Positions 34,285-43,921 of a DNA stretch of 64,000 nt are shown in pieces. This DNA is from Scenedesmus sp. PABB004 (lineage: Eukaryota). The stretch's first letter is position 1. Every line of letters starts with the position of its first letter. The notes below the pieces were generated by a model. That model was not told the origin of the DNA. It did not search any database and saw only the letters and a list, made by a program, of their open reading frames with translations. The DNA is taken from assembly GCA_014905635.1 (NCBI GenBank), contig JABVCE010000010.1, forward strand, positions 992,001-1,056,000, given 5' to 3'. The position numbers were made by a program, and so were the translations under genes.

Positions 34285-36957
34285 ATGGCGCCCCAGCCCG
34301 GGGCGGAGGTGGTGGCGCAGCTCGCGCTGGGCGAGAGGCGGCGCGGCGGCGCGCGGCACGCGGGCGCGGCGGGGCCAGCGTGCGGCGCTGTCGCCGCGTT
34401 CGCCGCCGTCCGCGTCGGCGGCAGCCTCGTGCTCGCCAGCGCGCAGGACCTGGCGCCCCGCAGCGCGCTGGAGGCGCCCGCCGAGGCCGATCTCGGCGGC
34501 GTCTCCTGCTCCCCCGACGGCGCGTGGCTCGCGGCGTGGTCGTCGGACGATCTGTTCCTGTGCCGCGTGCGCTCGCCGGCGGCCGTGGGCGCGCTGGCGC
34601 ACGCGGGGCAGCTGCCGGGCCTCCGCTCGCTCGCTTGGTGCCCGCGTTCGTGCGCGCTGGCGGCCTGCTGCAAGCAGGAGCTGGCCGTGCTGCCGCTGCC
34701 GCCGTTGCGCGGCGGCGCTGGCGGCGGCGGCGCTGGCGCCGGCGGCGGCGAGCCGCCGGCGCCCCTGCAGCGCCTGCCCGGCCCGCGCGGCGCGGCCGCG
34801 GGGCCGCGCTGCGCGGCGTGGCTGCCGCGGCCCCGCGCCGACGCGCCGCCGGGCGTGCTGGCGGCCTGGGGGAGCGAGCTGCTGCTCTTCACCTGGCCAC
34901 AGGGCGCGGGCGGCGTCGACTGGCGCCGGCGCAGCGTGCAGCGCATCCTGCCGGGGTGGCACGGCCCCGTGCGCGCGCTCGCGGCCGCGTGGGACGCCAG
35001 CAGCGCCGGCTGCGTGGTTTTGGCCACGGTGGACGCTCAGCTCGACCTCGGCAGCGGCGGCGGTGACGAGAGCAACGCTGTGCTGCTCATGCCCGGCAGC
35101 GGCAGCGGCAACGCGCGCCGGGGGCTGATCTCGGAGCTGCCTGGCGCCAGCCCGCCGGCAGGCAGCGGCAGCAGCAGCAGGGAGGGCAGCCCGACGCAGG
35201 CGCGGCGCAGCGGCGCCAGCCCGCCCCACGGCGTGCGCCCGCCGCGCGCGGGCGTCCGGCTGTCGCCGGGCGGCGGCGCCGAGGCGGCGGGCGCGCTGGC
35301 GCCGCAGCCGGGCGTGCTGGGCAGTCTGCTGAGCATCGGCGGTGCGGCCGAGCCTGATGCGGAGCACCGCACGCCGCGGCTGATCGCTGACCTGTCGCCG
35401 CCACGCGGCGCGCGTGACGCCACCAGTGGCAGCGCCAGCGCCAGCGCCAACGCCAGCGCCAGCGCCAGCGCACGCATGCACCTGCTGCGCCTGGGGGACG
35501 CGCAGGCGGGCTCGCCCGCCGCCGCCGCGCTGGCGCTCCCGCGGCTGCCTCTTCCAGACCTGCTGGTGGTGCACGAGGCGAGCGGGCTCGCCGCGGTCGC
35601 CAGCAGCGCGGCGAGCCCTCCGCTCGTCGCCCTCATCAGCGTTGGCGGCGCGGCGGGGCTGGAGCTGCTGGCGACGGTCACGCTGCCGCTGCCGCGGGGG
35701 GTCGCCGACCCGGGCGCCACCCGCGCGCGGGTGGAGGGCCTCGCGCTGGTCGCGGCGGGCGCAAACCCGAACGCGCCTGCCCCGTCCGGACGCGCTGCCG
35801 AGGGGAGCGTCGCCGGCCGCGGCGGGCTCCAGGCGTTCCCGGTCGTCGGCGAGGGCGGCTTTGGCGGCGTCAGCGCGCCGGCGGCGGCGGCGGCTGCTGC
35901 AGGCGGCGGCGGCGGCGCCCCGGACGTCGTGGCGCTGCTCAGCTGCTGCCCGGCGGCGCGCGCGGGCGAGTTTGCTGGCTTTGGCAGCAGCAGGGGTGGC
36001 GCCGCAGAGGAGTTTTTGGTGCGGTGCCGGCTGGCCCTGGAGCTGGCGGGCGGCGCGCAGCCGCCGCAGCAGGATCAGGCGGCGCACGCGGCGGTGGACG
36101 ACGGCGACGACGGCGACGCCGACCGGGCCGCCAGCCAAGACCCCGGCGAGAGCATCTGGTGGCGCGGCCTGACGCAGCGGCCGCGCAGCCCCGGCGCGGC
36201 GCTGCCGGCCCGCGCGGCGGCGCTGGCGGAGCAGACGGCCGCGCTCGAGGCGCGGCAGCGGGAGCAAGAGGAGCGCATGCGACAGGCACAGGCCAAGGTG
36301 CTTTCAGAGCTGGAGGCCGAGTGCGCTCAGCTGGCGGCGCGGCGGGCCGCCACGCCGCAGCGGCGCGCGGTCGGCGCGGCGCAGGCGGCATGCGCCGGCA
36401 GCGGCGCCGGCAGCCCCAGCAGCGCAGACGTCTCGCCCATCGCGCCCGGGGTGCAGGGCCTCGCAGCGCTGGCGGCTGGCGGCAGCACGGCCGCGTCTGC
36501 GGCGGCGGCGACAGCCGCGGCGGACGCGCAGGCCGCGCGCATTGAGCGCGTCGCGGCTGCCCTCAGCGGCCTGCAGGCACGCATCGAGGCGCGGCAGGCT
36601 GCCGGCGGCGGCGCCACGACCCCTGCGCCGGCGACGCCGGCGCCAGCGTCGGCGCCGCGCAGCCCCGTGCGGCAGGCGCTGCTCGCTGGCAGCGCCGCGC
36701 AAGAGTCGGCCGCCGCCGCCGGCGCCATGCTCGCGGGCCTGCGCGCCACGCTCGACGCCCTGCTGGCGCAGCAGGCCGCGGCGGCGGGGCGATGGGCGGT
36801 TGGGGGCCAGGGCGCGGACGACGCGCTGGCGGCGGCGGTCAGCACGCTGCGGGAGTCGCTGGAGGTGCGGCTGGACGCAATGTCAGGCAGCCTGGCGGCG
36901 ATGGCCCGCCAGCTCGAGCGCCTTGCGGCGGCGGGCGCGGAGCGTGGGGGCGCCTAG
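34285..36957 (+). CDS. Uncharacterised ~890-aa protein: beta-propeller-like N-terminus and coiled-coil-like C-terminus; apparently one long exon
   Basis: Long ORF with WD-like strands (GVSCSPDGAWLAAW, RSLAWCP, LLLFTW, WHGPVRALAAAWD) and heptad-like segments (LEARQREQEERMRQAQAKVLSELEAECAQL). A possible upstream exon is suggested by an acceptor at 34254. Confidence 0.65.
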   Translation: MAPQPGAEVVAQLALGERRRGGARHAGAAGPACGAVAAFAAVRVGGSLVLASAQDLAPRSALEAPAEADLGGVSCSPDGAWLAAWSSDDLFLCRVRSPAAVGALAHAGQLPGLRSLAWCPRSCALAACCKQELAVLPLPPLRGGAGGGGAGAGGGEPPAPLQRLPGPRGAAAGPRCAAWLPRPRADAPPGVLAAWGSELLLFTWPQGAGGVDWRRRSVQRILPGWHGPVRALAAAWDASSAGCVVLATVDAQLDLGSGGGDESNAVLLMPGSGSGNARRGLISELPGASPPAGSGSSSREGSPTQARRSGASPPHGVRPPRAGVRLSPGGGAEAAGALAPQPGVLGSLLSIGGAAEPDAEHRTPRLIADLSPPRGARDATSGSASASANASASASARMHLLRLGDAQAGSPAAAALALPRLPLPDLLVVHEASGLAAVASSAASPPLVALISVGGAAGLELLATVTLPLPRGVADPGATRARVEGLALVAAGANPNAPAPSGRAAEGSVAGRGGLQAFPVVGEGGFGGVSAPAAAAAAAGGGGGAPDVVALLSCCPAARAGEFAGFGSSRGGAAEEFLVRCRLALELAGGAQPPQQDQAAHAAVDDGDDGDADRAASQDPGESIWWRGLTQRPRSPGAALPARAAALAEQTAALEARQREQEERMRQAQAKVLSELEAECAQLAARRAATPQRRAVGAAQAACAGSGAGSPSSADVSPIAPGVQGLAALAAGGSTAASAAAATAAADAQAARIERVAAALSGLQARIEARQAAGGGATTPAPATPAPASAPRSPVRQALLAGSAAQESAAAAGAMLAGLRATLDALLAQQAAAAGRWAVGGQGADDALAAAVSTLRESLEVRLDAMSGSLAAMARQLERLAAAGAERGGA

Positions 36958-37152
36958 GCGACGGGTCGAGGCGGGTGTGCGGGCGGGGGCTTCTTTTGCA
37001 GCGTAGAGCGCGCTGGCGCGGCCGGGCAGCCCTCGAGGCCCGCCTGCCGCCGCGCGAACGCGCTGCGCGGTCGGCGCCGTCGGCGCCGCCGCCGCCGCCG
37101 CCGGCCGGCGTCCTGTGTGACCTCTCTCTCTCACGCATGCGCGCAGGCCCGG
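36904..37152 (+). repeat. Segment X, native copy (3' end of the 34285-36957 gene)
   Basis: Inverted match to 5033-5296. Confidence 0.95.
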
Positions 37153-37915
37153 CTGGCCGGTGGGGCGCGGGGTCCTGTGTATGGCTGTTTGACGGGGCAG
37201 CTCGCTAGGGCGCGGAGGATTGACGGCTGAGTGGCGCCCCCGCGCTTGGCGAGCTGCAAAGCTCTGCCTGCACTTGGCCCGCCCAGCGGGACTCGGTTGG
37301 TCGCTGCAACTTGCCCCCCCCCCCCGCGCGCGTGCACCTGGCCATCGAGGTGCGCTGTAGCGGCAACGTGCCAAGCGGCCCGCCCAGCTAAGCGCGGCCC
37401 GCCGCGTGCGTCCCCGGCCGTGTGCATCGCCGCCCGTCGGCACCCGGCGGACCGCGCCGCAGCAGCAGCACCGCTGTGGTGCGCGGCCGCCGCCCGGGCC
37501 GGCCCGGGCGTGGTGTCCGGCCGGCGGCGCGACACGCCCCGCCTGCCCTGGGCCACCGGCAGCAGCTCTGGCAGCACGCACGCAGCGCGGCAGCCAGTCG
37601 GCGGCCGCGGCGGCCAGCTTTCGCCGGCGGCCCATGAGGCGGCGCCCCCGCGCGCCGCGCTGCCCGCCGCGCTCGCCGGCGCCCGTCACAGCTCGTCACA
37701 GCTCGCAGGCCGCCTGGCAGCCACGCTGAGCGCGGCGCCGGCGGCGGCACCGAGCGCCGACAGCAGCGGCCAGCTGGCAAAAACCCGCCCAGCCGCCTCC
37801 TGGCCGCGCGTTTGGCCCTTAAAATGCACCCTCAAGCTCCCGGGGAGCTCACACACGTCGCAACGCACTCCCACACCCAGCTCACGCGCTCCCACAGCAC
37901 TCGTCCAGCAGCGCC

Positions 37916-39167
37916 ATGGCGCCAAAGCTCGTGGCCGCCAAGGCCGCCGTCCGCGCGCTGCGCGCCGCCGCCAAGAAGGCTCTGAAGGCTCTGCGCGACG
38001 CCACGTCGCTCAAGGTGGGCGGCGCGGCCCGCACAGCGCGGCGGGGGGTGCACCCGTCGGCGGGAGGCCCCCCGCGCCGCCACGCGCGCCGCGCGGCCCT
38101 GGCCGCCGGCTCCCCAGCTATAGCAAGCTGCCAGCGCGCTACAAGCGCGGCGCGGGCGCGCACTGCGGCCGCGCGGCGCGGCGCCGCCAGCGCCGTCTCA
38201 CATGTCCGCCGGCGCGCGTGCGGCGCCCCGGCTGGCCCCCTTGCGCGCCCACGCGACGCGCTGCACGTCCAGCGCGTCCCTCACGCGCGCTGCCACCGCC
38301 CGCGCGCCGGTCACCGCAGGCGCGCCTGGAGCAGCGGCAGCGCAAGGCCAAGCAGACCAAGGCGGCGCACCCGGACCACCCGCCGGCGGCGCAGGAGCAG
38401 GTGGACGCGCAGGTGGACGTGCAAGAGCAGGTGGGCTGTGTGGCCTGGTGGCGTCGCGCCGCTTGCGTCGCCTCTCGCCCGGCGGCCGCGTGTGCGCGCG
38501 CGCGGCGCGAGGGCCGACACCTGCGCCCCGCGCCGCACGCCTCCTGCAGGCGCTCGCCGCTCCCAAGGGGCACCAGCCCCTGCGCGCCGACGCCGACACG
38601 ACATGCTTCGACAACGCGCCCGACGTGGACACGGCCCAGGTGGCGGCGGTGGCCGCCGCCCCTGGTGGCGGCGTGGACGCCTCCGCCGTGCTGGTCGCGG
38701 CGGAGGAGGTGCTGCGCCCGGCAGCCCAGCTGCCCACCATCACGACACCGGTCAGCAACGCCGCCGCCGCCAGGGCGGCGGCCACCAGCTCCCCAGACGT
38801 GACCGTGTGCGGCGCGTCCGAGGCGCCGGCGGCGGCCGCCGCCGCCCCCGGCGGCGACGTGGACGCCCCCTGCGCCGAGCTGGTCGGGGCGCAGGAGCAG
38901 GTGCTGCCCCACGCGGCCCAGCTGCCGGCAATCAACACTGCGGTCAGCAACGCCGCCGCCGCCAGGCTGGCGCCGCCCAGCTACCTGGGCGCGGCCAAGC
39001 GCGGCGAGTCCAGCTCGCCCCTCCAGCCCCGCACGCCCGCGCGCGGCTCCGACGAGGACCTGGCCCTCCGCGGGGCGCGCATGAGGACCGACTGCCGCTT
39101 CGGCTCGATGGGCGCGCGGGTCGACGACTGCTGGGTTGGGGTCAAGACCTGGTCGCACGCGCACTGA
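37916..39167 (+). CDS. Orphan cassette gene, copy B (intact); exons 37916-38014, 38320-38430 and 38550-39167; 275 aa
   Basis: Canonical GT-AG introns conserved in both copies. Exon lengths 99+111+618 nt keep frame. Basic Lys/Ala N-terminus, internal duplication, and C-terminal ALRGARMRTDCRFGSMGARVDDCWVGVKTWSHAH*. CTTAAAAT lies ~95 nt upstream of the ATG. Confidence 0.75.
38643..38967 (+). repeat. Internal tandem duplication in exon 3 of the cassette gene (~38643-38775 and ~38829-38967)
   Basis: AAAPGGGVDASAVLVAAEEVLRPAAQLPTITTPVSNAAAAR versus AAAPGGDVDAPCAELVGAQEQVLPHAAQLPAINTAVSNAAAAR. Also present in copy A. Confidence 0.9.
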
Positions 39168-39532
39168 GCGCTGACCGGCAGCGCGAGCGGCGCGCGCGCG
39201 GCTGCTGCGCGCACGCCCGCCGCACCTGACCGGACTCGGGGCTGTGACGCCCCCGTTTGTGGGGCTGGGGCTGCAACACGCCCTTGGCGCCTTGGGGCTG
39301 CGACGCCCCTGTGACGGCTGCTGCGCAGCGACTGAGACCGTGTATGACTGTTTGACCGGGCAGCTGCACAGGGTTCATGGCCGAGCGGCGCGCTCGCTGA
39401 GAGCGCCGCGCGCTTGGCGCGCTGCAAAGCTCTGCCTGCACCTTGGGCGGCCTCGTGGGTGCCGCGACTGGGTTGGTCGCGGAAACGTGCCCCAGCGGCC
39501 GGCCCCGCCACGCGTGGCCCGCCCTGCTCGCT

Positions 39533-39767
39533 GGCGGCCACCCTTCTGTGGCCCTGCGCGCGCGTCGGCTTGGTGCTGCTTGTGCGGGCAGTGAGACCGG
39601 GCAGTTGGCTCTGCACCCGTGCAAGCGCTCACCCGGCCGCCGACTCGTCCCCCGCGCAGCTCGACGCCCTGCAACCGCCCTGCAACCGCCCCGCCGCCTC
39701 GCGCGTCACTGCCCGGCCGCCACCAGGTTGCCCACCACCTTGTCCAGCGCCTTCCTGCGGGGCAGCG
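39533..39767 (-). repeat. Segment Y, native copy (BCP1 last exon and 3' UTR)
   Basis: Inverted match to 7242-7465. Confidence 0.95.
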
Positions 39768-40133
39768 GCGGCGGGGCGGCGGTCCGCCCACGACGCCCCG
39801 CCCCGCCGTGCCGTGCCGCCCCGCCGCGGCCACCCGGCGTCATCGCCGCACCTCGCGGCCGCGACCTTGGCTGCCGGCAGGAGCATCGCGAGGCGCAGCG
39901 GTTGCAGCTCGTCCTTGCCCACTGCGCGGCCCTCGACGGGAAACGTGAACGCCGCGGCCGCCTGGGCGTGGAAAAACTCGTCCTCCGGCCGCACGTACAC
40001 CACCACGGGGCCGCCGCCGGGCTGCTGCGCGCGGCACGGCGCGGGGGCGGCGACGGGGCGGGGCCGTGGGCGCGGCCAGGGCGCGCGGCGGGCCGGGGCG
40101 CAGAGGCGCCCGCCTGCCTCTTGCCTCACCTGC

Positions 40134-40164
<31 letters not shown>

Positions 40165-41514
40165 CGCCCTTCTGCTTCTTGGGCCCCGCCGGCGGCTTCC
40201 CCGGCGGTGGCCTGCCCGCGCCGGCGCCGCTCGCGCCCGCGCCACCGCTCGGGCCCGCGCCAGCGCCGCCGCGCTTCTGCGCCTGCCGCGCCGCCGCCGC
40301 GGCCGCCGCCTCTGGCGGCAGCGGGTCGGCGTAGACGCGCGTTATGATGACGTAATGGCTGAACTTGAACGCGTCCCGCCGCTCCTGCGCACAGCGCACG
40401 CGCGCGCGCGCGTGCCGGCCGCGCGGGTGTGTGAAAAAGCTGCGCCGCGCGCCGCCGCGCCGTGCCGCGCCGCGCCGCGCGCCGCGGGGCGCCGCGCCTG
40501 GGTCGGCTCGTCCTCCGTGGCCCACGCGACCTCGTCAAACAGGCCCTGCACGAGCGGCGGCGCGAGCTGGGGCGGGCAGTTGATGAGGCGCTCGTTGATC
40601 AGCAGACCGCAGCGCGGCCCGTCCCACGCCTGCGGCGGCGGCACGGCGGCGGTGGGTGCAGGCAGCGGCGCGGCCGGGCGCGCGCGGCGTCGGGGCGCGC
40701 CGCCGCCGCCGCCACGCAGCGCCCGCCGCCCGGCGCGGCGTGGCGCCGCCGCGCGCCGCCGCGCGCCGCCGCGCGCCTTGGCGAGCTGCTCCCGCGCGGC
40801 GCCCTGGGCCTTGCCGAGCAGGAAGGCCCGAATCTGGGCCATGAAGCCCGCGCCGCGGTGCGCCTGCGTGCTGAGCACCGTCATCACGCCGATGGGGTCC
40901 TCCTCCTCGCCCGTGCGCACCACGGTGCCGACGCTCGACTGCGCGCGGCCGGCGGCGGCGGCGGCGCGGGTCGAGCGGCCGCGGCGGCTGGCCGGCCGCG
41001 CGCTGCCGGCCGGCGGCGCCCGCGCGGCCGGCCCGGCACGCGGTCGGCGCCGCGGCGGGCGCGTGTCGTGGGCAGAGCGGCTGCGCAGCTGCCGCGACCG
41101 CTGGCGGGCGGCGGGGCGGCGCGCCTGGGCGATGATGGCCTCCACCAGCGGCGAGCAGTCATACTGCTGCCCGTCGAGGTAGGCGTGCAGCAGGGCCTTG
41201 AGGCCGTGAAAGTCCGACTCCTTGGGGTCGAAGAACTCAAAGTTGACGTCGATGGCGTCGAACGCGTCCTCGTCGGGGCTGGCACCGCCCCCATCGCCAT
41301 CCTCGCTGCTGCTCACCTCCGGCGCGCTGTCGTCGTCGCTGCTGCCGCTGCTGCTGTCGTCTCTGCCGCTGCCACTGGGCTCGCTGCTGCCGCTGGGCTC
41401 GCCGTCGTCCGCGCCTGCCGCCGCAGCCGCCGCCGCTGCGGCTGCTGCCGCCGCTGCCTCCGCCTCGGCGGCGGCCGCCGCCGCCGCATCCTCGCGCTGC
41501 TTGCGCTTGCCCAT
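39706..41514 (-). CDS. BCP1: BCP1/BCCIP family 60S ribosome-biogenesis factor
   Basis: IDVNFEFFDPKESDFHGLKALL, IIAQ|SSVGTVV, PIGVMTVL, GLLINERLINCPPQLAPPL, WATEDEP, FKFSHYVII and YVRPEDEFF. Last exon 39754-39706 encodes KALDKVVGNLVAAGQ*. Confidence 0.93.
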
Positions 41515-41666
41515 GCTGCCGGCGTGGGCGGCTGTGGATGGGGCGGTCGGCTGTGCGGTCGCGCGCCGATCGCGCGCGCCGGGCCAGCGCCGGCGGCGGC
41601 GCGCTTTTGGACTGACGTCACGGTTCACCGCGTCACACGCGCGCGCCCCCCGCGCTGCCCGCGCGC

Positions 41667-43885
41667 TCAGCCCCCGAGCGCCTGGCGCTCCATGTACTCC
41701 ACCGCCTTGGCCTTGACCGCCGCGACGTCCGCGGGCGCGCCGTGGGCCTGCTCGTATTCGAGCCAGCGCCTGAAGAGCACCTTGACCTTCTTGGGCGGCA
41801 GCGCCAGGCTCGTCGCGCGCGCGAGCAGCGCGCGCGTGCGCGCCGCGTCGCCCGCCTTGACCTCCTGCGGCGCGGGGCGCGGCGCGGCGGTCGCGGCGGC
41901 GGTCGCGCGGGGTGAGACAGCGGCGGCGGCGCGTCCGGCGGCGCAGCGCGGCGGCAGCAAAGACGCCGGCGAGCGCGCGCGCCGACCTGGTCGATGTAGA
42001 CGTTCCACAGGTCTGTCCGCCGGGGGTGGTTGGCGAGCAGGCCCTCAAACACGCTGCGCCCGCGCTCGGGGCAGCCGAAGCGGAACTCCGCCAGCGCGGC
42101 GCTGCGAGCAGACGGCGGCGCGGCGCGGGCGGCGGTCGGCGGTGGCGGCGGGGCGGGGGAACGGCGCGCTGCCGCCGGCCCCGCCGGCTGCGTGGTCGCC
42201 GGTTGCGTGGCAGGCGCCGCACCGCGTGAGCGCCTTGACGTGCTTGTGCCTCGGCAGCGACTTGAGCGCCCGCTCCAGCACACCGCGCGCCGCCGCGGCG
42301 TCCCCGCGGGGCCGCGCGGACGGCTCGTCGTCGTCGCCGCCGTCCCCGCCCTGCTGCGCGCCCGCCGCCTGCAGCGCCGACTCGAACGCCCCGAGCCACA
42401 CCTTGCAGCTCGAGTTGAACTTTTTGGTCGCGGTGCGCCAGACCTCGGCCGCGAGGCCCGCCCGCCCCGAGCGCTCCAGGATGCCGAGCAGCGCGAGGTA
42501 GAGGCGCTTGGGCTCGCAGTACTGCACGCCGCTGCGGGCGGCGCGGCGCGGCGCGGGCGGGCAGGGCGGGTCGGCGGCGCGCTGTGCGCGTGCGACGCCC
42601 GCGCGCTCGCCCAGCTTCAAACAGACACACACACAATGAGTTCAAACCAGGTACCCCGCGTTCAAGCAACCGCGCCGCGCCGCGCACCGCTTGAACACGG
42701 CCATGATCGCCTCCTCGGCGGCGTCGCCGCCGTAGGCGTTCTCCAGGTTGAGCAGCGCGACCCACACGTTGAGCTTGTCGGCCTCGCGCTCCATCGCGAT
42801 CGCCGACAGCGCGCGCTGCCCGACCGCGCGCGCCGCGTCGACCTCGCCTGCGCGGCGCGGCGGCGCGCAGGTCAGTGCACTTGCAGCGCTCGGCGGCGGC
42901 CCGAGGACGGCCGCGACGCGCGCGCGCACAGGCAGCAGCGACCGCCCCGAGCACACTGCGCAGCGAGCGAGTGGTCTCGAGCAGTCTCAAACGGTCTCAA
43001 CACACGCACCGAGCTTGAGCTGGAAGGCCATGTACTTTATCCACAGGAAGCTGCTGTTGGGCTCCGCCAGCAGCTGCTGCTCGTAGCCCGCCGCGCTCTC
43101 CGCGCCGTCGCCGCCCGACACGCGCGCGCGCTCCGCGGCGCGCACCTCCGCCTCGTGCGCCGCCTTGGCGCGCTTGCGCGCCGCGCGGCTCAGCTCGGGC
43201 CCGCCTGCGCGCGCGCGGCGGCGGGGCCGCGGGGCGCGCCGGCGTGGGCGCGGCGCCGAGAGCGGCGCGCGGCGCGGCGGCGCGCTGGAGCACGCGGCGC
43301 GCGCACCGTTGGCCGCCGCGCCGGCCGCTGCGGCGCCGCCGCCCGCGTCCGCCAGCTGCAGCTCGCCCCACTCGGCGCCCGCGGCCGCGCCGGCCCCCGG
43401 CAGCGGCTCGTCCGAGGCCTCGTCCTCCTCCTCCTCGCTGCTGCTGCCCGCGCCGCCTGCGGGCGCGGCGCGGCGGGCGTGGCGGGGTGGGGTGGTGCGC
43501 GGCCCGGCCAGGGCCGCCGCGCGCGGCGCGCCGCCCCCCGTGGCGCCCACCTTCGCTGCCGTCCTCCTCGTCCGCCTCCTCCTCCTCCTCCTCCCCCTCC
43601 TCCTCATCATCACTGAGCTCCATGTCGTCCAGCGCCACGTCGCCGCCCGCCGCGCCGTCCTCCTCCATCTCGCTGCCGCCGCCGCCCTCGTCGCTGCCGC
43701 CGCCGCCCTCGTCGCTGCTGCCGCCGCCCTCGTCGCTGCCGCTGCCGCCCTCGTCGCTGCCGCTGCCGCCCTCGTCGCTGCTGCCGCCCTCGCTGCCGCG
43801 ACCGTCGAGGGCGTCGACCATCTCGTCGTCAAAGTCGGCGGGGCCGGCGCGGCCCTTCCCGCCGGCGCCGGGCGCGGCGGCGGCG

Positions 43886-43921
<36 letters not shown>

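Larger units (their letters stand above)
37153..39532 (+). mobile_element. Copy B of the duplicated orphan-gene cassette, with a diverged direct repeat at its two ends
   Basis: Lies exactly between segments X and Y. The core matches 5307-7239 inverted, and 37172-37410 resembles 39338-39530. Confidence 0.6.

Noticed and set aside
39167..39532. Hammerhead ribozyme in the cassette terminal repeat (as in Penelope-like elements)
   Set aside because: No CUGANGA core was found by eye (only CTGAGAC and CTGAGAG). A covariance-model search would be needed to exclude variants.
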